A stretch of 59,416 bases of DNA. It comes from a virus. Its lineage: Duplodnaviria > Caudoviricetes. Every line of letters starts with the position of its first letter. Position 1 is the first letter of the stretch. Made by a program: the position numbers and the translations under genes. Below the pieces are notes generated by a model, which was not told where the DNA came from, ran no database searches, and worked only from the letters and a program-made list of their open reading frames with translations. The stretch spans positions 1 to 59,416 of the IMG/VR virus record IMGVR_UViG_3300025402_000010; one strand, given 5' to 3'. Positions 20,237-29,740 of this stretch are shown here, piece by piece.

Positions 20237-20521
20237 TTACTTCTTAGGTGTAGCCTTAGCAGCAGGTGCTGGGGTGGGGTCTACAACAGCCTTAGGCTGA
20301 GGCAATGTTCCAAGCAACCAACCAAGGTTAGGGTACTTCTTCTCGAGCTGAGTGATCAGCGTGTAGTACAGACCAGTGGCAACAGGGACCAGTACGGTGA
20401 ACGTACCAGTATTTAGATTACCCCACTTAGTAGCACCCCAAGCAAGCAAAGCACCAACAATAGCTGATGCAAAAGCACGACCTGTTGCTCTAGTTGTTGT
20501 TGTATTAACGGGATTAGACAT
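20237..20521 (-). CDS. Small two-TM membrane protein (holin-like)
   Basis: Two hydrophobic helices and the LEKKYPNLGWLLG motif common in actinophage holin-like proteins. Confidence 0.6.
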   Translation of the reverse strand: MSNPVNTTTTRATGRAFASAIVGALLAWGATKWGNLNTGTFTVLVPVATGLYYTLITQLEKKYPNLGWLLGTLPQPKAVVDPTPAPAAKATPKK

Positions 20522-20523
20522 TA

Positions 20524-20694
20524 TTATTTCTCCTTATTTGTATTTGTAAATTTGACAGACACCTGTACGCCATTAACTTGAGTACGCAAACTATTAAGAA
20601 GGCCAGACATAGTCTCGCTGATCTCTTGGCTTGCTAGCTCGTCGCTTTGTGCGTCACGAGGGTCATAACTAATTGTAATGACAGCTTTTTTCAT
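20524..20694 (-). CDS. Small hypothetical protein (56 aa, below ORF-track cutoff)
   Basis: Manual translation MKKAVITISYDPRDAQSDELASQEISETMSGLLNSLRTQVNGVQVSVKFTNTNKEK; fills the gap. Confidence 0.6.
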   Translation of the reverse strand: MKKAVITISYDPRDAQSDELASQEISETMSGLLNSLRTQVNGVQVSVKFTNTNKEK

Positions 20695-20726
20695 ATTTTT
20701 ACTTTAATGCATAAATTGCACAAAAG

Positions 20727-21275
20727 TCAAGTATTTGGCAATTCTGTTAAAATATTAAAAGCTGCAGCCAAATCAGCTGGCATCATTTGATATGGGTTGC
20801 GGTCAAAAACAATACCACCAGCCCATAGGGATTGAGCTACTACAGCACTACAAATCATAGTGTTGCTATTGGTAAACTGTATTTTAATACCAGTTGCTAA
20901 TTCTAAAGCAATACTCAAGATGGTTAAGAAACCATACTTATCCTTAATAAAACTTTTACAAGCAGCTACCGTTTGATCACGGCTTTGCTTGTTAAGTTTT
21001 GTTGTAACGTAGTAATATTCTACGTTTTTGTACTCACTAATATTGCTAGTAATAACACCACGACCAACAGCCTCAACAATAGTGCCATCCTCGTCAATAA
21101 CCATGGCAGCGTGATTCCAATGAGAATAAGGCTTCATTTTTCCATGATAACGAGTAAATTGACCAAAACGGATAAATTTAGCAAGAATACCATTACTAAA
21201 AACCAATATAAAGTCCCCAGGTACATATTTAATTGGTTCTTTGCCTGCGTCGTATACCTTATATGTTGTAGTCAT
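20727..21275 (-). CDS. Permuted papain-like NlpC/P60 (YiiX/YebB-like) amidase/peptidase
   Basis: PGDFILV, HWNHAAMV (His), MICSAVVA (Cys) in permuted order. Confidence 0.75.
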   Translation of the reverse strand: MTTTYKVYDAGKEPIKYVPGDFILVFSNGILAKFIRFGQFTRYHGKMKPYSHWNHAAMVIDEDGTIVEAVGRGVITSNISEYKNVEYYYVTTKLNKQSRDQTVAACKSFIKDKYGFLTILSIALELATGIKIQFTNSNTMICSAVVAQSLWAGGIVFDRNPYQMMPADLAAAFNILTELPNT

Positions 21276-22281
21276 CTACATCGCCTTCATAATCATATGT
21301 TTCATTCATTCCAAAGATTGAACCGTATGTTGCGCCACCCATTGGGTGATCTCCTACACCAAGTACGTCTAAAGTGTCTCCATAGGGCCCCTCAATGCTC
21401 TGTTTGTCATCTTCAGCTTTAAGGGTAGGGGAGATAATACTATTGGCTACAATGCTGCCAAAAGGTGCTGTAGAGCCATCGTCTTTTAACCGTTCAACAC
21501 CTGGTTGTGTGCCTTGTTCATTGCCTGGTTGAGTAACATACCAGCTAGCACCGCTAATATATGCTCCGCCACCAATGCCAGTAGCTGAATTAGCTCTTTC
21601 GTGTCTTGCACCGCCTCGAGGTGGTTCACCAACGTCTTGGAACCCATTCGGAGTAGTAAGCGTAAAAGAACCACCAGTATCACTATCTACAGCAACGACT
21701 CTAAACCCCATAAACAACTTTGCATGGCTTTTAGCTACTTCAGTGGCATCGCTTCTAACATTTTCATCTACATGTTGATCTTCTTCAGCACCAGGACCAA
21801 AGATCTTTGGGACAATATCACCAGTTAGGTCAGCATAGTGAACGCTAGCATGCCACCCAAGAGATCCATCAGTGTTGGGTCCTATTGTGTATTGAGGGTT
21901 ATGATCTAATGGCACGTTAAGCTTCTCATCTACTCCGCTGTCGCTACCGTGTGGACCAAAACCACCGACAGTGCCTTCGTTTTCTTTATTAGCCTTAGGC
22001 AAACGAAGAATTTGTATCTTACGGATCTCGTCCGCAATGCTTACGCTCTCAATAAACTGATTCCAAAGAATTTTATCCCGAACAGTTGTTGGTGACAGGT
22101 TATCCCCCACCAACAAAGAAATAATAAACCCAGAATCAGTAACAGTTACTTCGGGCTCAGCAAAAAAACCTTCAAATTGAGCAATGACGGAACGAACTAC
22201 GGCGTCCCTGTTGTATTCAGAAACGTATCCATTAAAAATGCATTTAAAGTTCTTGCGTTTAGAAGATTTTGCATTACCCAT
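21259..22281 (-). CDS. Hypothetical protein
   Basis: 340 aa; Gly/Asp-rich C-terminal half; HASVHYA and GFRVVA motifs. Confidence 0.6.
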   Translation of the reverse strand: MGNAKSSKRKNFKCIFNGYVSEYNRDAVVRSVIAQFEGFFAEPEVTVTDSGFIISLLVGDNLSPTTVRDKILWNQFIESVSIADEIRKIQILRLPKANKENEGTVGGFGPHGSDSGVDEKLNVPLDHNPQYTIGPNTDGSLGWHASVHYADLTGDIVPKIFGPGAEEDQHVDENVRSDATEVAKSHAKLFMGFRVVAVDSDTGGSFTLTTPNGFQDVGEPPRGGARHERANSATGIGGGAYISGASWYVTQPGNEQGTQPGVERLKDDGSTAPFGSIVANSIISPTLKAEDDKQSIEGPYGDTLDVLGVGDHPMGGATYGSIFGMNETYDYEGDVDDYNI

Positions 22282-22284
22282 ATA

Positions 22285-23139
22285 TTACATATGCGGGTAC
22301 TTGAGCTTTTTAAACCGTTCAAGGCTCATGCCTTCGTATCTACGGCATAAAGAGTCAAGAGAAACTTGTTGAATGTCATAGCTACCATTATGCACACCAT
22401 GCTTTACAACAATTCCTCTAAAGTGTGCGTTACCCTGCGGCCCCTTGTAGTCCTCATCGTGGAGATAACACGCGCCTGCGACAAGACCGTGCTGAGAATA
22501 AGGTTTAACGCTGTCATTAACATAACGCATACCATATAGGAATGTTTGTTGGTGACCCATAGTAAATGAGTGACCAATTGTTTTCAAACGCGTATCAATA
22601 TTGCCGCCATACGGTACACCAGTCATGTGGTTATAAAAAAAGTGGCTGTAAGCCACTCCATCCAACCATAAAATCTTTTTAAACGGGCTGACTCTCCAAC
22701 CACTTCTTGCGTAATCAAGATCATCAGTGCTGAAAAGACCGTCTATTTGTGCATCCATCTCTGTTGCACGATTAATTCGATCTTCATGGTTCCCAAGCAA
22801 GATGTGACGCTCTGGGTTCCACACAGCGTGTTTATTCTTACGTTTATTATCATTGTAATCATACAAAGGCTTGTTGAGTATATTCCAATGCTCATTAGCA
22901 GCTTCAATATCTGCTTTTACACGGCGCCCTTCCATGCTTTTTTTGCCCTTGTCATACAAAGAAAGAGCAGGCATGTCAGCGTGGTCTCCAAGATGAATAA
23001 TCTTTACATCTTGGTTGTGGAATTCATCTACGATGTAGTTACCAATCCAAGTTAGATGGTCAGTTGGTACACCGTTCTTAGCCTGGGTGTCAGGTATTAC
23101 AATGTGTGTAGCTGGATTGGTTTCCAGTTGATCAGTCAC
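22285..23139 (-). CDS. Calcineurin-like metallophosphoesterase
   Basis: IPDTQ, HLGDHAD, LLGNHEDR, YSH and MGHQQ motifs. Confidence 0.85.
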   Translation of the reverse strand: MTDQLETNPATHIVIPDTQAKNGVPTDHLTWIGNYIVDEFHNQDVKIIHLGDHADMPALSLYDKGKKSMEGRRVKADIEAANEHWNILNKPLYDYNDNKRKNKHAVWNPERHILLGNHEDRINRATEMDAQIDGLFSTDDLDYARSGWRVSPFKKILWLDGVAYSHFFYNHMTGVPYGGNIDTRLKTIGHSFTMGHQQTFLYGMRYVNDSVKPYSQHGLVAGACYLHDEDYKGPQGNAHFRGIVVKHGVHNGSYDIQQVSLDSLCRRYEGMSLERFKKLKYPHM

Positions 23140-23147
23140 TATTGTCC

Positions 23148-23318
23148 TTAGTTGTCGTTTGCATCCTCGGCATCAAAGTCCTGCAAATTCTTAATGCTTT
23201 CGCTAGGTTTGCCTTCATCATTAAGACCAGCAAAATCTTTTGTTGTCTTAATCGGTGAAGTTGGACTATCAGTGATTACCTTGGAATTTTTATCGGGTGT
23301 ATTGCTATACCTAATCAT
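23148..23318 (-). CDS. Small hypothetical protein (MIRYS...)
   Basis: GAGG RBS before ATG 23318. Confidence 0.5.
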   Translation of the reverse strand: MIRYSNTPDKNSKVITDSPTSPIKTTKDFAGLNDEGKPSESIKNLQDFDAEDANDN

Positions 23319-23613
23319 TTTTATGCCTCTCCATGTGTTTGTCAAGCTTTGATGCCAAATTTTCATTTAACATTTTAATTGATCGTACACGGTCTCTTGG
23401 GAGCGAGTTTTCCCAAACAGTTTTGCCGTTTGTTATAGCTTTAATAAAACCAGAGTGTCTATAGTTATCTGTAACTAATACAGCTTGTAAATACAAACCA
23501 CATTTAATACATTTAGTATCATTTATAATTTCTTCAATAAATTCTAATTCTATATTGTTAGAATTATTTTTATTATAAGTAATTCCTTCTGGTAAATTCA
23601 TTTTTTCAATCAT
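23311..23613 (-). CDS. Hypothetical protein with CxxC
   Basis: Overlapping operon gene; CIKC. Confidence 0.55.
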   Translation of the reverse strand: MIEKMNLPEGITYNKNNSNNIELEFIEEIINDTKCIKCGLYLQAVLVTDNYRHSGFIKAITNGKTVWENSLPRDRVRSIKMLNENLASKLDKHMERHKND

Positions 23614-23839
23614 TGTGGTTTAAAGCAAATATTCCTAAATTTTTTAGGAAATCTTCTACGGTTGTACCAGTTAATTCACAATATTTACCAATTGTACTAA
23701 GCAATACACCAGTAATTGTACTAAACAATTGGATAGGATCGCTTTCTAACACCATTGAATACGCAAGTTCTTGCTGTTCACTTGTAATTGCAGTTAACAA
23801 AGCTACTACGTTTTTAATGTTATCTGATACTGAATCCAT
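23606..23839 (-). CDS. Hypothetical protein
   Basis: TAATG-coupled to the Dps gene. Confidence 0.6.
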   Translation of the reverse strand: MDSVSDNIKNVVALLTAITSEQQELAYSMVLESDPIQLFSTITGVLLSTIGKYCELTGTTVEDFLKNLGIFALNHND

Positions 23840-24369
23840 TAGTCCTCAATAGAAGCTTTCAAGAACCAACTCCATTTTTGGTGTTGGTCAATACGCTCTG
23901 CAATAAAATTAGCAACACCTTGCTCATTATCTTTGTTAGCAATATTGAAAAATTCTTTAATGTGTTCAATATATTCTTCATTCATGCTATAAAATTTACT
24001 AGCAAGCTCATGAGGTGTTTTGCCAGGCAAACCAGTTTCTTTTAGCTTGCTTAGACCAACAAGTTCACTCATCGTAAACGGTGCTTGGTCGCCTAACTTA
24101 AGAATATTCTCGGCAATAGGATCAATGTGTTCGTAAATGTCATCTACGATTTCATCAAATAATTTGTGATATTCATAAAAGTCTTCACCTTTTACATTCC
24201 AGTGAAAACCATGAATGGTGTGATAAAGAACATATGCTTCAGCAAGCATTGTCTTTAGAGACGATACAAGATCGTTTTCATTGCTATTGCTATTATCAGC
24301 AATAGTATTTTTGCTGGTAGTGTCGTCTTCTACTGCGCCGACGACTCTAAAACCGTTCCACTCTTCCAT
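23839..24369 (-). CDS. dps: Dps-family mini-ferritin with N-terminal extension
   Basis: HGFHWNVKGEDFYEYHKLFDEIVDDIYEHIDPIAENILKLG (ferroxidase motif) and HQKWSWFL. Confidence 0.9.
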   Translation of the reverse strand: MEEWNGFRVVGAVEDDTTSKNTIADNSNSNENDLVSSLKTMLAEAYVLYHTIHGFHWNVKGEDFYEYHKLFDEIVDDIYEHIDPIAENILKLGDQAPFTMSELVGLSKLKETGLPGKTPHELASKFYSMNEEYIEHIKEFFNIANKDNEQGVANFIAERIDQHQKWSWFLKASIED

Positions 24370-24370
24370 G

Positions 24371-25084
24371 TTAGAGCCAGTTTAAACCATTCCCAAAGGA
24401 ATCGTCAATGGCATCTTGTACAAATGTTGCAGCAAGTTTATTAGCCTTTGCGCTCTTAACAGTACGGAACTCTGCACTTGCGTTTTTAGTTCTGCGGCAA
24501 ATTTCAACATTATCAACAAAGTTATCAATAATTGAAGCACGTTTGACAGTGTCAAGAAGAGGCAATGTTTTTTGTTCAACGTAGTATACGGCAGCTTCAC
24601 GAGTGTCCAGCTGACTGTTGAGCAAACGTGGATTTTGGTCTTCAACCCAAACTTCAGCACCAGCAGTAACAAAGTTAATCCAGTCAGCATCGTAGTACTC
24701 AAATTCAATTGAAGAAGCTGTGCGGTAAAGCAAGCTACCATCATCTTCACCAAGATCACTAGTGCCAGCACTGCTAATACGGTATTCCTTAGCAATGGTA
24801 CCACCGGGGAGGCTATTTAGGTAGTCTTCTGTGTCAAAGTCAACATACTCTGAAGCTAGCTTCTCGAGTGACTCTTTCTCAGCACCAAGCTCAGTTAGAA
24901 TGTTGGCATAACGCTCAATATCTCTAAAGTCAGCATTGGGGTTGCTTGCTGCCATGCGTGTTCTGTCCAAGATATCTTGCAATCTGTCAAGTCTTGTCAG
25001 AATGCTCTCTGATGTTCCGTTAAACCAACGTGTGTCAGCAGCGGCGGTCTTAGCTTCAATTTCAATGTTGTCGTAATTCATCAC
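24371..25084 (-). CDS. Hypothetical head-module protein
   Basis: 237 aa; KTAAA, KLAS and RTAS motifs. Confidence 0.65.
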   Translation of the reverse strand: MMNYDNIEIEAKTAAADTRWFNGTSESILTRLDRLQDILDRTRMAASNPNADFRDIERYANILTELGAEKESLEKLASEYVDFDTEDYLNSLPGGTIAKEYRISSAGTSDLGEDDGSLLYRTASSIEFEYYDADWINFVTAGAEVWVEDQNPRLLNSQLDTREAAVYYVEQKTLPLLDTVKRASIIDNFVDNVEICRRTKNASAEFRTVKSAKANKLAATFVQDAIDDSFGNGLNWL

Positions 25085-25108
25085 AGAATCTTTCTATTCT
25101 CTTATTGA

Positions 25109-25771
25109 CTATTGCGAGTTTTCGTCTGGATTACATCCATCATATACCATGTGTTGCGTGCAAAATTTTTTGCCAAGTGTATCTTCAAGAAGCTCAGCAA
25201 TCTTTTTTCTAGCAGTAGTACCACTGTTTACTGGCGTGTTGCTATTCATGTTTCCAGGTTGCATACCACCAGGTGCTGTAGCTTCTCCTATGCCAGTCTG
25301 ACCAGTGTTGCTAAAGTCTTGTGAACTTGTTGGCTGTGCTTGAACGTTTGTAGACCCTTTAAGATCTGGTGCAGCCGTTGGTGAGGTTGGTGGCTGAGGA
25401 GGCATCAAAGAAGTTGGTGCGCCCATAAATCCTGCTGTAGAATTAACAATCCTAGAAGCAATTTTGTTGTGCTCATGGGCATAAGCGGAGTCAATTGCTC
25501 TTGATTTAGCAGCTTGTTCACCCTCAGAGTCACCTGGTTCAAAGATGTGGCACTTAGCTTTCTTACCAGGACCTTTCCAGCCAGGCATTGGGCCTTGTGG
25601 AGTCTCAACCTTACATTCTTCAATTTCATCAGCAGCTCTAGCAGCAGTAAAGTTAAAACCAAGGTAGGAACTAAGAATTACTCTGCGGCAACCATTGCAA
25701 TAAATTTCAGGGCCAAACTTGCTAGCGGTTCTAACAAGATTACCTTTATTACAAACGTGGCAAGTTTCCAT
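25109..25771 (-). CDS. Zinc-ribbon protein
   Basis: CHVC...CNGC; PGWKGPG segment; GAGGTG RBS before METC. Confidence 0.6.
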   Translation of the reverse strand: METCHVCNKGNLVRTASKFGPEIYCNGCRRVILSSYLGFNFTAARAADEIEECKVETPQGPMPGWKGPGKKAKCHIFEPGDSEGEQAAKSRAIDSAYAHEHNKIASRIVNSTAGFMGAPTSLMPPQPPTSPTAAPDLKGSTNVQAQPTSSQDFSNTGQTGIGEATAPGGMQPGNMNSNTPVNSGTTARKKIAELLEDTLGKKFCTQHMVYDGCNPDENSQ

Positions 25772-25773
25772 TA

Positions 25774-26676
25774 TCACACCTCAAAAAACTTTTGGATAAC
25801 GTCAATAGGAAGCGATGTTGCTCTTCTGCTAGCGGTAGCGTGATTGAACCCATCAGTTAATTCAAGTGGGCCACGGTCGTAATCACCTGGTGTCATTGTT
25901 CCTTGCATTGTGCCACCATCAGTGCGTGGGATTGCATTGCTATTTGGTTTAATATCAAACAAGCTCTGGCCAGCACTTTGTTGTGGCGTCTTGTTGTAGT
26001 ATTTTCTGTCTTGATAACCGTTGTAGTAATCTTTGCTCAACAAAGCCATGTCTTCGTCGAGTGGTTTGCCTTGAATTGCATCCATATTGCCTTGGTAGTA
26101 AAGCTTACTTGCATCGCCACCGTTAGAAGCAAAGATTCTCATGTATTCATCAGAAGCACTAGCAGTTGTAGCTTCTTCTTTAATTATGTCGCGCTTACCA
26201 TCAAGATCACCAATGGTTGGGCCTTCAACATGGCTAAAGTTCTTGTCACCCAAGCCGTGATCATCTTGTGGCTTACCACAACCGCAGTGGGTGCAAGCAA
26301 TACGAGCGCCTGGGAAGTAATTAGTCTCACAGTGGTTGCAGAATGGCTCACCATTCTCCATAACGTACGCAATTCTTGCATTCATGCTCATGTTTGCTCC
26401 AATAATTGTTGAAAGCGATCCTGGTGAGACGCTTGACAACCCTTCATTTCCTACAACTGGTGGTTGACCAGTTACATCAATTTTTGTTACACGTTTTGGT
26501 GCTGAAAGCTCTGTGGAGTTTTCATCCTCATTACCAATGTCTGCAAATCTAAAACTACCAACAGTACCAACTGCAGATTGTCCTGGAATACCAAAACCTT
26601 CTTCATTGTTTTCAATGGCTTTTAACGAGTCATCATTCTCGTAGCTGCCTGCACTGGTGTCCGCGTATTTCATCAA
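25774..26676 (-). CDS. Hypothetical protein with zinc ribbon
   Basis: 300 aa; CNHC...CTHC; N-terminus MMKYAD. Confidence 0.6.
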   Translation of the reverse strand: MMKYADTSAGSYENDDSLKAIENNEEGFGIPGQSAVGTVGSFRFADIGNEDENSTELSAPKRVTKIDVTGQPPVVGNEGLSSVSPGSLSTIIGANMSMNARIAYVMENGEPFCNHCETNYFPGARIACTHCGCGKPQDDHGLGDKNFSHVEGPTIGDLDGKRDIIKEEATTASASDEYMRIFASNGGDASKLYYQGNMDAIQGKPLDEDMALLSKDYYNGYQDRKYYNKTPQQSAGQSLFDIKPNSNAIPRTDGGTMQGTMTPGDYDRGPLELTDGFNHATASRRATSLPIDVIQKFFEV

Positions 26677-26708
26677 TTACTACTGCGTCTCAAGAACCGT
26701 TTTAACTC

Positions 26709-27134
26709 TTATTCCCAAGTAGTGGGAACAACAAAACGATTTTGATCTTCTTCAATAAGTTGTGCAAGTTTTGTGCCCGCAATAGCCGCTGGCAAAGCCA
26801 ATTGCATTGTTGGTTTTGGTCCTTCACACTCTGTTCTACCATCACAACCTCCGCAGTGGCCAGTGTTACGAATACCATCGCAACTACCATCACAACTATT
26901 GCAGTGTGCGTCTTGAGGTTTTGCTTTTGGGCCTAATTGGCTAATAGGGCTGTAATAACTAGTAAATGGGCTAGCATTAGCGTACTCAGATACATTACAG
27001 CCAGGCGTTGGGCATCTAAGCATTTGACCATCTGGAATGCTTAGCGGATTCCTGTGAATAGGGCAAACAAAGTTATTACCCGCCGTTTTTTGTTGTTCAA
27101 GAACTTCTTCAGTTCTCAATGGGATAGTAGCCAT
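26709..27134 (-). CDS. Small Cys-rich protein
   Basis: KTAG followed by CPIH/CPTPGC and CNSCDGSCDG...HCGGCDG. Confidence 0.6.
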   Translation of the reverse strand: MATIPLRTEEVLEQQKTAGNNFVCPIHRNPLSIPDGQMLRCPTPGCNVSEYANASPFTSYYSPISQLGPKAKPQDAHCNSCDGSCDGIRNTGHCGGCDGRTECEGPKPTMQLALPAAIAGTKLAQLIEEDQNRFVVPTTWE

Positions 27135-27862
27135 TATAATTTCCCTAAGTCAGCAGTTAGATCTTCAAGACGCATATTGCCATATGCACCTTTTTCAACA
27201 ATTTCTGGAGTGATGAGAGCCCAACTCTCTTCCATGTAGCTTTGCAGCCATCTCCACGTAATCTGTTGCACTTTACCCCATGTTATACATTGCACGTGAT
27301 CTTTATCGTACCCAACCAGGATGATACAATGGCCACCTTCAATTTGATTATCAGCAGGAGTACCTGTAAGGTCCCATGGTTGGTTGTTTCTGAATTGGTC
27401 GCTAAATGTAACAGGCAGTTGAACGCCAATATACGCAAGTCCATATGAAGCAATAACGCTACGAAGCTCATCAAGGTCAGCGTGATCAGTAGGAGCAAAA
27501 GCAGTAAGTTTACTGCCAAACAAATCATTATTTTGCCAGAACTTGAGCAAATCTGCTTCTACTGCTCCCTGATCCGCTCCTCCCGTATAAGAAAGGTACG
27601 TGTTGACCACATCGGTGTCGGAGGGGAAGGTTTCTGTGATACCCAATACAGCAGCGTGAGCCATTCTGGCGTGTACAATACCAGCAAAAGTGCAATCCCC
27701 ATGAGTGTCATTACCTAACATTCCCCAGTTGTCTACGGTTGGCACTGGTACAGTATCTGGAGCTACTGGCAGTGGGTTGCCTTGGTAATAAGCTAATTGG
27801 TGGAGTCCAGCTGGTCTCCGTGGATCAAGCTTACCTAATTTACCTACAATACGATCTGTCAT
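27134..27862 (-). CDS. Papain-like cysteine peptidase
   Basis: GNDTHGDCTFAG (Cys), EGGHCIILVGYD (His), ITWG. Confidence 0.8.
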   Translation of the reverse strand: MTDRIVGKLGKLDPRRPAGLHQLAYYQGNPLPVAPDTVPVPTVDNWGMLGNDTHGDCTFAGIVHARMAHAAVLGITETFPSDTDVVNTYLSYTGGADQGAVEADLLKFWQNNDLFGSKLTAFAPTDHADLDELRSVIASYGLAYIGVQLPVTFSDQFRNNQPWDLTGTPADNQIEGGHCIILVGYDKDHVQCITWGKVQQITWRWLQSYMEESWALITPEIVEKGAYGNMRLEDLTADLGKL

Positions 27863-27870
27863 TATTCTCC

Positions 27871-28632
27871 TTAATGCTCTCCACTTTTTTCAAGACGATC
27901 AAATTCTTCTGAGGCACCTTCTGGCAATGAACCATGGTGAACAGTTAACACATCGTGACCTAAATGTGTTCCAATGTAAGAACTAGAATCTTGTTTAAGC
28001 TGTGTTAATTCAACCACTTTCCACCCTGGTTGTGGTTTGAAACTATAATCTTTTCCAATTTCTAATCTTGGCCAATCGGCAATTGCTCTAGATGGGGGGT
28101 CATGCTCAAGAATGTATGGTGTGCTTCCATCTTCAGGCATTTGGTGATTTAATAAAACACCTACACTAATTTTCCCATTTTCTTTTTTAGAAAATTGTGT
28201 AAATATTCCAGGCAATTCTAGTTTGCTTCCATCATGAGTTGGAATATCTGAATAACGTCTAAATACGGCATCGTTTTTAAATCTAGGGTGGACAAACAAT
28301 GTTAAATCTTGTGGAGCCATATATAAAGGTTGGGTAGCACCACGTGTTGCATGATATTCTTGAATTAATGGGTGTTTAATCCTATCCCACATTGGTATTT
28401 TTTTATCGAAGTCATCAGCATGTTCAGTGCCAGCAAATGGGTTCTTGGTGTTTTTTCTTCTTCTGTAAACACTTCCAGCTACTCCAGAAAAACCAAAAAT
28501 TCTATCATCTGTATTTCCTGTCGTTGGTGGGCCAGAAAAAGTTGGTTCTTTAGAAAATTCGTCAATGCTTTCAATTTTTAAATGACCTCTACCAGGTACA
28601 GATTCATTAGCGTATCTTCTATTCCAATTCAT
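27871..28632 (-). CDS. Hypothetical protein with MNWNRRYA leader
   Basis: Likely start ATG 28632; carries the shared N-terminal motif. Confidence 0.6.
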   Translation of the reverse strand: MNWNRRYANESVPGRGHLKIESIDEFSKEPTFSGPPTTGNTDDRIFGFSGVAGSVYRRRKNTKNPFAGTEHADDFDKKIPMWDRIKHPLIQEYHATRGATQPLYMAPQDLTLFVHPRFKNDAVFRRYSDIPTHDGSKLELPGIFTQFSKKENGKISVGVLLNHQMPEDGSTPYILEHDPPSRAIADWPRLEIGKDYSFKPQPGWKVVELTQLKQDSSSYIGTHLGHDVLTVHHGSLPEGASEEFDRLEKSGEH

Positions 28633-28846
28633 TACTATCCCCATGAATTAGAGGATCAAGATCTTTGTGGACATAGTTGTCAAGTTGTTGAAGTTCGCGT
28701 TCTTTTTTTCGTTGATCCATTTTGTCAGAAACAATTTTTTGTGTTATAATTGCAACTGGGGTAAGCAATTGAACAATCTCTCTAGCGGTAAGATCAATCA
28801 GCGGATTTGCTAACCGTTCGTTTCTATAACGTTCACTAAAGTTCAT
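28619..28846 (-). CDS. Small protein with MNFSERY leader
   Basis: ATGA-coupled to the upstream gene; carries the shared N-terminal motif. Confidence 0.55.
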   Translation of the reverse strand: MNFSERYRNERLANPLIDLTAREIVQLLTPVAIITQKIVSDKMDQRKKERELQQLDNYVHKDLDPLIHGDSNELE

Positions 28847-29265
28847 TTGATAAGTCCTCTAACATATTTCTCAGCTTCATAGTCGGCTGCAGCGGCTGTA
28901 TGGACGCCACCGTGACCTCTGTGGTGGAATAAGCAGAGCCATTCCAAGTTTTCTGCGCTTTCTACCCATGCACCAACAGTGTCAGGGTCAGATACGCCGG
29001 GATAGTCAACCTCGAGCCACTTAAGATCGACACCATTTTGTAGAGAAAACTCAATGTGAGTGTGGTGAAGCTCCAATGGAGCGTCTAGAGTACATTCACT
29101 AAAATCATTACGGTGCAAACCAACAGCGCACTGAGCAGTGTCTTTCGTTCTAGCTCGGTAGTGGCTGAAATCCACGTAGTGAGGGTCGCTGGTGCGCTCA
29201 GGATGAGCAGGATAGTGAATAGTATAGCGATGGGTAACATTTTGATCGTGTTCTTCTACAGTCAT
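28843..29265 (-). CDS. HNH-like His/Cys nuclease-fold protein
   Basis: CAVG...C...LELHHTHIEFS...NLEWLCLFHHRGHGGVH. Confidence 0.55.
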   Translation of the reverse strand: MTVEEHDQNVTHRYTIHYPAHPERTSDPHYVDFSHYRARTKDTAQCAVGLHRNDFSECTLDAPLELHHTHIEFSLQNGVDLKWLEVDYPGVSDPDTVGAWVESAENLEWLCLFHHRGHGGVHTAAAADYEAEKYVRGLIK

Positions 29266-29675
29266 TGTTCGTCTTCTCTTTTATTTTGAAGATAATCAAT
29301 GACTTCATCAAGACTTTTGAACACGACGACGTCATTTTCATAGTCAAGATCATTGACGTCATCATTATCGTCAATATCTAAGTCAAAAAACTCGTCTAAT
29401 AACATCGTGAAGTCAAATTCATCTACTTCACGGGAATATTCCATGCAAGTTTTAGCAATTTCATCAAATTCTGAGATTGTGATACGAAAAAACTTGTTGC
29501 TTTTAGGTTTTTCGTCGGATTTAGTCAATTTACTGAGAACTTTTGACGAAATATTGCTAGTTTGGGCAATATTTTCCTTAAATCCGGAGATTTTGTCAGT
29601 ATTTTTGACTATTTTCTGTTTATCTTGGTACTTTTCTCTAACAGTACAAGCTTCACAGTCACACTTTTCAGTCAT
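29262..29675 (-). CDS. Acidic hypothetical protein
   Basis: AAGGA RBS before ATG 29675; CDCEAC; Asp/Glu-rich tail. Confidence 0.55.
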   Translation of the reverse strand: MTEKCDCEACTVREKYQDKQKIVKNTDKISGFKENIAQTSNISSKVLSKLTKSDEKPKSNKFFRITISEFDEIAKTCMEYSREVDEFDFTMLLDEFFDLDIDDNDDVNDLDYENDVVVFKSLDEVIDYLQNKREDEQ

Positions 29676-29740
29676 GAAATTTCCTTGAGTTATATATAAG
29701 AGGATTTTTTTGATTTTGTCAAGTATCTTTTTCAAAAATT

